The notes under the pieces were generated by a model, which worked only from the letters and a program-made list of their open reading frames with translations, made no database searches and was not told the DNA's origin. The translations under genes and the position numbers were made by a program. From Squalus acanthias (taxonomy: Eukaryota), in assembly GCA_030390025.1 (NCBI GenBank), contig CM059432.1, forward strand, positions 95,978,001-96,042,000: DNA of 64,000 bases, read 5' to 3'. Below, one piece after another: positions 38,046 to 49,310 of this stretch; positions within the stretch are counted from its first letter, which is position 1; the number at the start of each line of letters is the position of its first letter.

Positions 38046-39711
38046 CAGTTCTTGTAAGAAGCCACAGAACATTGGTCCTGATGCTTCTGAATTGACTCAC
38101 TTACTAACATCACTCATAAGGCTGGAAATTACTATTGGTGATATCAGCAGAGGAGCACTAAGTGTTTGTATTACATTACTCTTGACATTTCAGCGGGTGT
38201 AAATCTGTTTATTGTAAACGGGTTTTAAAGTAGTGGACAGAAAATGCCCTAAAAATGTTAACTCTGGCTGATATTACAGGATGAACCTGTAACACATTCA
38301 TATGACATTCCTCTGTTAGCTATTTTAATGAAAGCTTTAACCTGTTTAAAATAAACTGGTTTAACACCTCCATTAAAATAGCAGACACAAGCATGCAATA
38401 CAAATGCATGGAGCATTTGTCCTCTAATATCAACAGTAATTCTAGCCTCTAGTTTTCCTTTGAGCCATTACAAACATGCGGGGAAGGAAAAGGTAGATAA
38501 CAGATCTCGTACCTTACACCGCTTTGAATTTATGTTTTAAAGTGAGCCCCAATCGCAACATTCTAAGTACAGTACTCAGAGCACAGTTGATTGTAGCTTA
38601 GGCCAGAATAACAATTATCTAGTCCTTTTCACTGCTCCAGTGCAAACCATTGCACATCCTTTATGCAAAGGATGTCACTGAACCTTTAAATGCAGGTACA
38701 AATTAGGTTTAGCTACAAAAAAATTCCTTTGCAGGGAGGTAGCAGCAAATTGTGAAATGTCAGTGGCTCACCTTAAGTGGAGAATTACCCATCCTGCATC
38801 ATTCTTTGAATAATATGAATCCACTGCACATTGCAGGAGTAAAGCTTAATTTCATTGGTTCTGAGGAAATCATGATTAGCACATGTAAAATGTCATTGAT
38901 ATTGTAGTTCGGTGGTGCTGCACTTAAAGTAAAAGGACAAGTGAAGGAATGGTAGGGCCGTTTAGGGACAACAAAAGGAAATCTTGTGGTGGCAGAGGGC
39001 ATAGCTGAGGTACTGAATGAGTACTTTGCATCTGTCTTCACAAAAGAGGATGTAGTTAATAAAAGCAAAATGCTGGCAATACTCAGCAGGTCAAGTAGCA
39101 TCTGTGGAGGGAGAAACAGAGTTAACGATCTTACATCTTTAACTTTTTCCAGTTCTGATGAAACAGGTTTTAAGCAAGTACAGAGGCAGGGAAAGGCAGG
39201 AGGGAGGATGAAGTTAATGTTGCAGTAGAGGAGGAGGGAGTAGAGATATTGGATAGAATACAAATAGATAGAAAGGTGCTAAATAGATTGGAATCACTGT
39301 TCCATCTAAGGTGCACCCCTGCCCGGTCGCACGCATGTTCAAAAGCTTGCGCGCACTTCAAACTAAATGCTGCGCAGAGAACTGGACAGTAGCTGGGGCA
39401 GGGGAGGGACCCAATACACAATGGCCCCGGGAATCCAGACTCATTTGTGAGTCTTACAACCTCAGAACCGATCCCAATTACAGCTCTTAAAATGTGTGAT
39501 CCGATGATAGATGGGTTGTTGTGTAACGCGGGGCGGGGGTTTGATTTTCTCCCTTGACCTTTTAGCGGGAGAATCCCCCGCACTCTGATCATTCGCTTTT
39601 CAGCCTTCAGTGCCGGCTCGCGGGATACCGGAGCCGCGCATGTGCTGTATCCAGGTGGGCCACGCTTTCGTCGGCTCTGTGCAGAGGTCAGGTGATCTGT
39701 TGGTGGATGGT

Positions 39712-40180
39712 GGGGGGGAATCGGAGGGGACAGAGACTGGGGAGAGGAGGAATTGGAGGGGGAGAGACACGGGGTGGGGGGGGGGGGGACAGGGAATCGG
39801 AGACGGGGTGAGAGATGGGGGGGCGAGAGACTGGGGAGAGGGGGAATCGGAGGGGTGAGAGACTGGGGAGAGGCAATTTGGGGTGAGAGACTGGGGAGAG
39901 GGGGAATCCGGAGGGGCGAGAGGGGGAATCCGGAGGGGGGAGATCGGAGGGGGGAGAGGGGGAATCGGAGGGGGGATGGGGGAATCGGAGGGGGGAGAGG
40001 GGGAATCAGAGGGGGAATCGGAGGGGGGATGGGGGAATCGGAGGGGAGAGAGACTGGGGAGAGGGAATCGGAGACGGGGAGAGGGAATCGGAGACGGGGA
40101 GAGGGAATCGGAGACGGGGTGAGAGATTGGGGGGGCGAGAGACTGGGGAAAAGGGGACGGAGGGAGATAGAGGGGGGTGA
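39712..40180. repeat. G-rich degenerate minisatellite (GGGGGAATCGGAG / GAGAGACTGGGG units)
   Basis: Direct inspection. Confidence 0.9.
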
Positions 40181-40732
40181 GGGTCCAGACACATGTAGTC
40201 CGTTCCCAGGGACTGAGCGGCGGCTGCATTTTGGAACAACACAGGTGGAGGTGCAGCACATATACAATGGCCGCTGGAAGGAGGTCTTGAAGTCAAACAC
40301 TTTTAAAGAGGCTCTGAATTGCTTAAAACATTTTAAAATTGAAATTTCTCAATATTTGATTTTGAATGATCAACTGAAGTGAGTAGCTTTACACAAACAT
40401 GCAACCATGCTGTTGAGGAGGGTGAGGGCGGGGAGGAGTTGTAGGAGTTACATATTACTTTTGATTGACTTCTTAAAAAATATTAAGACATTTAGGAAGA
40501 GAACCAAAAAAGGGGAAAAACACAAACCATTTTATTTTGTCTGTCATTCTATAGTCCTAACGAGTCCCAGGAATAATGTAAATATAGATTTTCTCCTAAA
40601 TGTTTAGTGGAGTGTTAATAGAAACACGAGTTATGTAATGATGTATAAAAATTGCAGGAAGCTACTTTAAAAGAAACTATTTGTTTATTGAGAAAGACAC
40701 AAAATACTTTAATAAAACTGATGATGTACAAT

Positions 40733-41333
40733 ACGATAGCAAAATACTGCGGATGCTGGAAATCCGAAATAACAACAGAAAACGCTGGAAAAACTCAGCA
40801 GGCCAGGCAGCATCTGTGGAGAGAGAAAGAGAGTTAACGTTTCAGGTCGATGACCTTTCATCAGAACTGGGAAGAGCCGGAAATCAAATAGATTTAAGGC
40901 CAGGGTAAAGCTGGGAAAAGGGGGAGGGGATAAAGGAACAAAGGGGGAGATGAAGAGACATTAAGAGATATGCAAGGCTAGAGGTGGTGTTAATGTGACA
41001 GATTAAGGCTGAATGAAGTGTGAAATCCACTGGCAGAATAAAGCTGGCAGCTGTCCTTTATTCTGCCAGTGGATTTCACACTTCATTCAGCCTTAATCTG
41101 TCACATTAACACCACCTCTAGCCTTGCATATCTCTTAATGTCTCTTAATGTCTCTTCATCTCCCCCTTGGTTCCTTTATCCCCTCCCCCTTTTCCCAGCT
41201 TTACCCTGGCCTTAAATCTATTTGATTTCCGGCTCTTCCCAGTTCTGATGAAAGGTCATCGACCTGAAACGTTAACTCTCTTTCTCTCTCCACGGATGCT
41301 GCCTGGCCTGCTGAGTTTTTCCAGCGTTTTCTG
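40733..41333. mobile_element. Non-coding palindromic Penelope-like insertion
   Basis: Arms 40775-41043 / 41056-41334 with a 12-nt loop; 14-bp TSD TGATGATGTACAAT (40719-32, 41334-47); arms homologous to the 3' UTR of the PLE at 45331-45752. Confidence 0.88.
41241..41277 (+). ncRNA. Minimal hammerhead ribozyme; mirror copy on - at 40832-40868
   Basis: AGTT-CTGATGA-A-AGGTC-atc-GACCT-GAAAC-GTT-AACT: stem I AGTT/AACT, palindromic ACGT. Confidence 0.8.
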
Positions 41334-43244
41334 TGATGATGTACAATGTTGATTTGGTATAAATGTTTGAAATAGGAAATTAAAAATTGAGAGTACAATG
41401 AAGTTTGTTTCCCACTATTTAATTGGGAAGTACCTAAAATAATTCAACACTTTTCGTGCTAAGAGCAGGGATTAATATTGTGGAGAATGTTTGAGAGAAA
41501 AACATTAGAAGCGAAATTCGTAAATTAACATCTTTACGTCAACATAATAGTAAACATTTCCAAGTCAATCTGATTGGTTCTCCTGTCAAGGAAGAAAGAT
41601 GAATGTTTATTCTGTTAAATCATAGCTTTTCCTGCTTTTTGTTTTTAATTCAGTGATGCAAATTGTGTATGTGTTTTTCTGCACTTGTGAATAAGTGCTG
41701 CATTTCTGACATGTTACATGGGGGGTGTGCTGGTTCAAGACGTTTATTAATGGAAGTAATTGAAGTTGGAAATATGGATACCCGTTTTTGTTCAATTCTT
41801 TTTAATACTGTGAACTAAAGAAATACAGCACTTTATATTTGTTGGTTGTCTGGTTGCATTGTGATTAATATTCTAATTATTTATGTGGACGTACAGCACC
41901 ATAGGAAAGCTGCTGCTCCTGCTGCTTGTGCAGTCATTGCTATAGTGACCTGAGGGATGGGCTAATATGTTAAAAACTTTAAAATTAATACAAATTGCAT
42001 GAATAGATACGCCTCTTTCAGCTCACCTTGGGCTTTTGGATTGTTTGCCGATGCATAACTGTGTAACTGAGTGATGTTTCTGAAGTGTTAATGCATTATT
42101 ATGTAGTTCTTTTATATTCCAATCATTGCTGACGAGTAATTTTTTATTAGAGTTTGTACATGGTGAACTAAAAGCTTTTAATTAATTTTACCATAAGCAA
42201 ACTTGCAGAATGGGCATGTAAATGACAAATGAATTTCAATATAGATAATTGTGAGGTGGTACATTTTGGTAGGAGGAATAAGGAGGCAACCTACTCCTTG
42301 GGAAAATAAGAGTCTAAATGGAGTAAAGGTGCAAAAGAATCTAGGGGTATAGATTCACAAATCATTAAAAGTAGCAACGCAGTTTTAAAAAAGCCATAAA
42401 AGCAAACAAAGCACTGGGGCTCATTTCTAGAGGAATAGAATTCAAAAGCACAGAAATTATGCTAAACTTGTATCTGATTGTCTCATGATTTGAGACGGTG
42501 GGGTGGCAAAATGGCATTACTGTATATATGCTTTTAAGTGGTTGCTGTTGTTGTAAAAGTAGTTGTTTTAAAATTTGCTCACGGACAAAAAGGTCACGCT
42601 CAAAGGAGTTCGTCACCCGTTCAGTACAAAAAAAAATTAGAGGGAACATTGGTTGGAATCACTTAAAATTAAGTCACCTGTCCAAATGGGATATATCCTA
42701 GGTTGCTGAGGAAAGCTAGGGTGGAGATAGTAGAAGCTCGGACCACAATTTTTCAATTCTCCTTGGATATGGGAGTGGTGCCAGAGGATTGCAAATGTTA
42801 CACCCCTGTTCAAAAAAGGGGACAGGGATAAACCTGGTAACTACAGGCCAATCAGTCTAACACAGTGGCTCTCAAACTTTTTTGGTTAAAGGACCCCTTT
42901 TCAAATGGATCAGTAATCATGGACCCCCCATCTAAATTATAATACTATAAACTCCTTGCACATTTACATTTCTGAATGTAAAGTTCATCAGTGTCCTGTT
43001 AAAGGGACTTGCATGAAATTTTGCCAGGGCTGTCTGATATAATGAACACTGATGTGATTGGTGATGTGAAAACTTTTATCTTCCCTTCAGCTGAAAGGTA
43101 ACCCTACAGGTTCAGCAACATGCCTATTGAATACTTCACTGCACAACAACAACTCCCTGCTCTTCCTGGAGTGGGGTTAGGCCCGGTGGCTCCTGTTGGG
43201 AACACTGGCACCGTTTCCATCCACCGCCTGCCAACTCACTGCAT

Positions 43245-44830
43245 CTCTCGCTCTGCACCCCATCCCTCTCGCTCTGCACCCCATCCCCTCGCTCTGCACT
43301 CCATCCCTCGCTCTGCACCCCATCCCTCTCGCTCTGCACCCCATCCCCTCGCTCTGCACTCCATCCCTCGCTCTGCACCCCATCCCTCGCTCTGCACCCC
43401 ATCCCCCTCGCTCTCCGCACCCCATCCCTCTCGCTCTCCGCACCCCATCCCTCTCGCTCTCCGCACCCCATCCCTCTCGCTCTCCGCACCCCATCCCTCT
43501 CGCTCTCCGCACCCCATCCCTCTCGCTCTCCGCACCCCATCCCTCTCGCTCTCCGCACCCCATCCCTCTCGCTCTCCGCACCCCATCCCTCTCGCTCTCC
43601 GCACCCCATCCCTCTCGCTCTCCGCACCCCATCCCTCTCGCTCTCCGCACCCCATCCCTCTCGCTCTCCGCACCCCATCCCTCTCGCTCTCCGCACCCCA
43701 TCCCTCTCTCTCCGCACCCCATCCCTCTCTCTCCGCACCCCATCCCTCTCTCTCCGCACCCCATCCCTCTCTCTCCGCACCCCATCCCTCTCTCTCCGCA
43801 CCCCATCCCTCTCTCTCCGCACCCCATCCCTCTCTCCGCACCCCATCCCCCTCTCTCTCCGCACCCCATCCCTCTCTCTCTCCGCACCCCATCCCTCTCT
43901 CTCCGCACCCCATCCCTCTCTCTCCGCACCCCATCCCTCTCTCTCCGCACCCCATCCCTCTCCGCACCCCATCCCTCTCTCTCTCCGCACCCCATCCCTC
44001 TCTCTCCGCACCCCATCCCTCTCTCTCCGCACCCCATCCCTCTCTCTCCGCACCCCATCCCTCTCTCTCCGCACCCCATCCCTCTCTCTCCGCACCCCAT
44101 CCCTCTCTCTCCGCACCCCATCCCTCTCTCTCCGCACCCCATCCCTCTCTCTCTCCGCACCCCATCCCTCTCTCTCCGCACCCCATCCCTCTCTCTCCGC
44201 ACCCCATCCCTCTCTCTCCGCACCCCATCCCTCTCTCTCTCCGCACCCCATCCCTCTCTCTCTCCGCACCCCATCCCTCTCTCTCCGCACCCCACCCCAT
44301 CCCCTCTCGCTCCGCGCCGCACCCCATCCCCCTCTCGCTCCGCGCCGCACCCCCCCCTCTCGCTCCGCGCCGCACCCCATCCCCCTCTCGCTCCGCGCCG
44401 CACCCCATCCCCCTCTCGCGCCGCGTCGCACCCCATTCCCCTCTCGCGCCGCGTCGCACCCCATCCCATCCCCCTCTCGCTCCGCACCCCATCTCCCTCT
44501 CGCTCCGCACCCCCATCTCTCTCTCTCTCTCTGCACCCCCATCTCTCTCTCTCTCTGCACCCCCATCTCTCTCTCTCTCTGCACCCCCATCTCTCTCTCT
44601 CTCTCTGCACCCCCATCTCTCTCTCTCTCTCTGCACCCCCATCTCTCTCTCTCTCTGCACCCCCATCTCTCTCTCTCTCTCTGCACCCCCATCTCTCTCT
44701 CTCTCTCTGCACCCCCATCTCTCTCTCTCTCTCTGCACCCCCATCTCTCTCTCTCTCTCTGCACCCCCATCTCTCTCTCTCTCTCTCTGCACCCCCATCT
44801 CTCTCTCTCTGCGCCCCCAGCTCTCTCTGA
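43245..44830. repeat. Pyrimidine-rich minisatellite of about 19-27-bp units (CTCTC..CGCACCCCATC)
   Basis: Direct inspection; unit length varies with the number of CT dinucleotides. Confidence 0.95.
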
Positions 44831-44927
44831 ACCCCATCTCCCTACCCCATCGCTCGCTCTCTCTCTCTACCCCATCTCCCTGTCACTCTCCACCATCTCT
44901 CTTCCCCCACCCATGTCGCACCCCCAC

Positions 44928-45029
44928 GTTCAGCAGATCGCATTCGCTGACTGCCAAACTGCTCGAAAAACGCCTGGACCTTGTCCCGCCGCACCTCTGG
45001 GGACAGCTGACCCCGAGGAGCTTCACCAT
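44928..45029 (-). pseudogene. RBM4-like RRM1 N-terminal fragment, two frameshifts
   Basis: gaggATGG start; MVKLL-x-GQLSPEVRRDKVQAFFEQFG-x-VSECDLLN is colinear with recalled RBM4 [35 protein letters not shown]. Confidence 0.6.
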
Positions 45030-45104
45030 CCTCGCCGTGCGGACGGGTAATCAGCACCGTTACAACGCAGCTCGTCCTGTGGAATAGAGAAACGCAGAGC
45101 CCCC

Positions 45105-45305
45105 ATTCGCAAAATGGCGGCCTGCGGCACCGCCTTCCTCGCTCTTCCATTGGCTGCTCTCCGTCACTTTGCTCTGTGATTGGTTCCCTCTGCTGTCAAT
45201 TACTTGCCAGACCTGTGAAATGCTGATTGGCTGTCAATCAAAGAATGTTACAGCTGATTGGCTGTCAATTAAAGACTCTTACAGCTGATTGGCTGTCAAT
45301 CAAGC
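45105..45305 (-). promoter_or_regulatory. CpG-island-type promoter fragment: YY1 site, 5 CCAAT boxes, 3 TGATTGACAG-type TALE motifs
   Basis: AAAATGGCGGC 45111-21; ATTGG at 45149, 45179, 45226, 45257, 45288; CTGTCAATYA at 45231, 45262, 45293. Confidence 0.55.
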
Positions 45306-45330
45306 ATCTACTGGCCCACATTCTTCCCCT

Positions 45331-46320
45331 AATAACAACAGAAAACGCTGGAAAAACTCAGCAGGCCAGGCATTGGTGGAGAGAGAAACAGAGTTAACGT
45401 TTCAGGTCGAAGACCTTTTGTCAGAACTGGAAAAAAGCAGGAAATGGAATAGATTTTAAAGCAAGTTTAGGGGCTGGGAAAAGGGAGAGGGGATGAAAGA
45501 ACAAAAGGGAAGGTCAGTGATAGGATAGCGAGCAGGAGCGATTAAGAGACATTGAGAGACATTAAGAGATATTCAAGGCAAGAGGAGGTGGTAATGGGAC
45601 AGGTTAAGGAACAAAGGATGGCTCTAGATGAAGTGTGAATTGTGCTGGCAGAATGAAGGACAGCTGCCATGTGGGAGGGAAGAAAAAAAGGGCCAAACCA
45701 AAAGTGTGGATAAAAAAAAAATATATATATATATATGTGATAGGGGCCGAGGTTATGATCTGAAATTGTTGAACTCTATGTTGAGTCCAGAGGACTGTAG
45801 AGTGCCTAATCGAAAGATGAGATGCTGTTCCTCGAGCTTACGTTGAGCTTCCGTGGAGCAATGCAAGAGGCCTGAGGACGGTGAGGTCTGAGTGGGAGTG
45901 AAGCGGTAAATTAAAGTCACAGGCCAACTGGAGCTCGGGGTCCCCCTTACGGACTGAACGGAGGTGTTCCGCAAAGCGGTCAGCCAATCTGCGTTTGGTC
46001 TCCCCAATGTAGAGGAGACCACATCGTGAGCAGCAAATACAGTGTACTAAATTGCAAGAAGTACAAGTAAATCGCTGTTTCACCTGGAAGGGGTGTTTGG
46101 GGCCCTGTACAGTGGGAAGGGGGGAGGTATAAGGGCATGTGTTGCATCTCCTGCGCTTGCATGGGAAGGTGCCGGGCGAAGGGAAGGGGTGCTGGGGGTG
46201 ATAGAGGAGTGGACTAGGGTGTTGCAGAGGGAGCGGTCCCTATGGAATGCTGAAAGGGGAGGTGAGGGGAAGATGTGTTTGGTGGTGGGATCACGCTGAA
46301 GGTGGCGGAAATGGCGGAGT
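45331..46320 (-). mobile_element. 5'-truncated Neptune-type Penelope-like element (Cys linker, GIY-YIG endonuclease, 3' UTR with mutated hammerhead)
   Basis: FPCKRRRCNTC linker; FTCTSCNLVHCICCSRCGLLYIGETKRRLADRFAEHL; RKLEEQHLIFRLGTLQSSGLN; TTCCCCT repeated at both flanks. Confidence 0.88.
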
Positions 46321-48461
46321 CTTTTCCCCTCCCTGCTTCTCCTCCTGCTCTTGCAGCGCATGGCCGCTGCTGCTGCCGCCGCCATGGTAACCATTCAGCA
46401 GCGCCCAGCCACTCCTCTCTGGTACGGCTCGCGCTCCATCACCGATTGGGTTTTTTTTCGCGGACCCATTGAAAATCTCTATGGGCCCCCAGGGGTCTAA
46501 CGTCAGTGCTGGGAAAACTAGTAGAGACCATTGTCAAGGACAAAATTAATTCTCACTTGGAGAAGCAAGGGCTAATAAGGGGCAGCCAGCATGGATTTGT
46601 TAAAGGCAAATTGTGTCTGACTAACCTGATTGTCTTCGAAGATGCAGTAACAGAGGGTCGATGAAGGTAGTGCAGTAGATATATATATATATATATATGG
46701 ACTTTCAAAAGGCATTTGATAAAGTACCACATAACAGACTTATTCGGAAAATAGAACCACATGGGATTAAAGGGACAGTAACTTGAGTACATAACTGGCT
46801 AAGGAATAGGAGACAGAGCGTTGTGGTCAACAGATGTTTTTCTGAATGGAGAGAAGTATGCAGTGTGGTCCCCAGGGGTCTGTATTAGGACCATTGCTTT
46901 TATTGTTCTATATAAATGAGTTGGACTTGGGTATAGGGAGTACAATGTTGAACTTTTAGGATGATGACGGCATAGTAAATAGTGAGCAGGATAGTAGACT
47001 TAAGAGGACATAGACAGACTGGTGAAATGGGCAGACACATGGCACATGCAATTTAATGTGGATAAGTGTGAAGTGATGCATTTTGGGAGAAACAACATGG
47101 AGAGGCAGTATAATCTAAACGGGATTATTTTGTGGGGGGTGCAAGAGCAGAGGAACCTGGGGGTGGATATTCACAGATCCTTGAAGGTAGCAGGGCAAGT
47201 TGATGGGACAGTTAAGAGAGTGTATGGGATACTTGGCTTTGTAAATAGGGGCATTGAATACAAAAACAAGGAAGTCAAGCTAAGCCTTTACAAATCACTG
47301 GTTAGGCCTCACTGCAGTATTGTGTACAATTCTGGGCACCACACTTTAGGAAGGATGTCAAGGCCTTGGAGAGGGTGCAGAGAGTTTTGCTAGAATGGCA
47401 CCAGAGATGAGGGACTTCAGTTACGTGGAGAAATTGGAGAAGCTGGAATTGTTCTCTTTAGAGCAGAGAAGGTTAAGGGGAGACCTAATAGAGGTATTCA
47501 AAATTATGAGGGGTTTTGATAGAGCAAGTAGGGAGAAACTGTTTCCTCTGGCAAGTGGGTCAGCAAACAGAGGTCATAGATTTAAAATAATTGGCAAAAG
47601 AACTAGGGGGGAAATGAGGAGAAACATTTTCACACAGATGATTATGATGATCTGGAACGCACTATCTGAAAGGGTGATGGAATCAGATTCCATAGGAACT
47701 TTCTAAAGGCATGTATTTGAAGAGAACTAATTTGCAGGGTTATGGGGGAAAAAGCAAGGGTGTGGGACTAAATTGGACAGCTCATTCTAAGAGCCGGCAC
47801 AGGCATGACAGACTGAATGGCCCCCTTCTGTGTTGTAAGATTCTATGATTCTATGCACATACTCTATTCACCTGTTGTATAAAGTCTCCGACTCTTGTGG
47901 ATATTTGTTTTAACCTAAAGTCAAACTAAAATGAACTAATTAATGTAGCAAACTACTTACCCACCCAAAAATCAATGCCCTTACTGGGTCTGAGGGAATA
48001 GTTTAGTGTGTTGTAGGATGCATGTTATTTGAATAATCAAGATTTTATACGGTAATCTATCTTCATTTAAGCAACTAATAGGAGTATATCACCGTAGGAA
48101 ACAGGGCTCCCCTCTCCCTTCGGTTCACCATTCGTGGCAGAACATTCAGCTGCTTCAGACCTATTCCCAATCAAACCTCCTCATATTAACTCAAAGTGTT
48201 TGCATTCAGTTAATGTTTGGGTAGTATTTGAACACATTGTGCACGCCAATGGCAATTATCCATGAAGCAGCTTTACTTTCATTATGCGGGCTGTACATGG
48301 TGTCTGCATAATTTGAAGAAGATGTAACACCGAATGGATGGTTCTTAGGCTATCCTCGGCAGCCATGGCTGACACACTAAGAAACCCCTTAACAGCAGAG
48401 GAGCGTCTTGTACTAATGCCTTTACAAAAATATATAAAACTTTGAAAAGAAGCTCCTACAG

Positions 48462-49310
48462 TAGGCTGACCAGACGTCTCCGTTTTCTGGGGACAGTCCC
48501 CGGATTTGGTAATGTGTCCCCGGACAAACAATGTCCCCGAAAGAGTCCCCAGTTTAAAAATCTCGTCCCCGATACTGCGTCTTTGATTTTTTCAATGCTA
48601 ATGCACAGAAACCAGTTTCTCGGAGATTCACAGCCCGTTTGAGTTCAGGAACGAATTCCTGGAGCGGGTTTAATGGAGGTGTCAATGGCGACCCCGCCTT
48701 CCACAATGCAATGCGGCTGAGAAAAGGCCCTATCTATAGCTCTGGCCGCACTGCACTGTAGGGGATTGAGTCACCTGATTAGTGTTTCATCCAATGGTGA
48801 CTGGCCAGAGGGCGAAACCTTGAAATGCGTGGGAGAAGCCAAGGTAGTGGTGCAAGCTGGTGGGTGAGTGGATTTGATTTACCAGTTCACCTGTATGGTG
48901 CATTGTGGTTTTTTTTATTGAATAAGGAAAGGCATGCTCTAAATTCTCCCACCGGGAAGAAGTTTGTGAATCTGAAACCTTCTGAGGCAGAGGGTGTTTC
49001 ATGCAAAATCTCAGTCTGTTGGGAACCGATTTAAAATTGAGAAATTAAAATTTAGGGTATTCGGGGACGAGTAGATGGTATAGCACTATTGCCAGAGCAC
49101 ACACAAAATTTGTGTATCTAAGCTGTGCAGCCCCACCCAGCCCGTGACCAGCTTTTCCCATGCACGAAACTTTGAATGTGAAACTTCGCCCATGCACGAA
49201 ACTTTGAATGGGCCGCACAGCCCGTTAAAGGGGCCGCGCACCCAAAAACAATTGCGGGGGCACGTTGCCTGTGTGCCCCCGGATTTGTTTTTTAAAATAT
49301 GGTTACCCTA
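48462..49310. mobile_element. Non-autonomous hAT (Blackjack-like)
   Basis: TIRs TAGGCTGACCA / TAGGGTAACCA (reverse complement); subterminal GTCCC repeats; TSD TCCTACAG/GCCTACAG. Confidence 0.8.

Larger units (their letters stand above)
39295..42651. mobile_element. Non-autonomous hAT element (Tip100-like TIRs), 3.36 kb
   Basis: TIRs CACTGTTCCATCTAA vs CAATGTTCCCTCTAA (reverse complement); 8-bp TSD ATTGGAAT/GTTGGAAT (39287-94, 42652-59). Confidence 0.8.
42863..46494. mobile_element. Non-autonomous hAT (Charlie-like) element with cargo; right TIR deleted
   Basis: Left end CAGTGGCTCTCAAACTTTTTT...GGACCCC; right subterminal CGCGGACCC...CCCCCAGGGG; TSD GTCTAACA/GTCTAACG (42855-62, 46495-502); host CR1 rejoins across it. 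Confidence 0.7.
38920..47855 (+). mobile_element. Old CR1 ORF2 split into pieces by later insertions (PLE fragment ~39055-39200, hAT 39295-42651, hAT 42863-46494)
   Basis: LNEYFASVFTKE (38986-39055); KVLNRLE|SLKI..KSP continuity across the first hAT; RPISLT|SV continuity across the second; 3' end near 47855. Confidence 0.8.

Noticed and set aside
37081..38202. ORFs of 293-373 aa in three + frames
   Set aside because: Translations of the 80/103-bp tandem array
39170..40382. Pro-rich and Gly-rich ORFs
   Set aside because: Derived from the G-rich minisatellite
40733..41333. miRNA precursor or DNA-transposon MITE
   Set aside because: Arms match the PLE 3' UTR; the 14-bp TSD and asymmetric tail fit a retroelement
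43120..45087. Long ORFs of 513-655 aa in five frames
   Set aside because: Produced by a stop-free minisatellite; low-complexity translations
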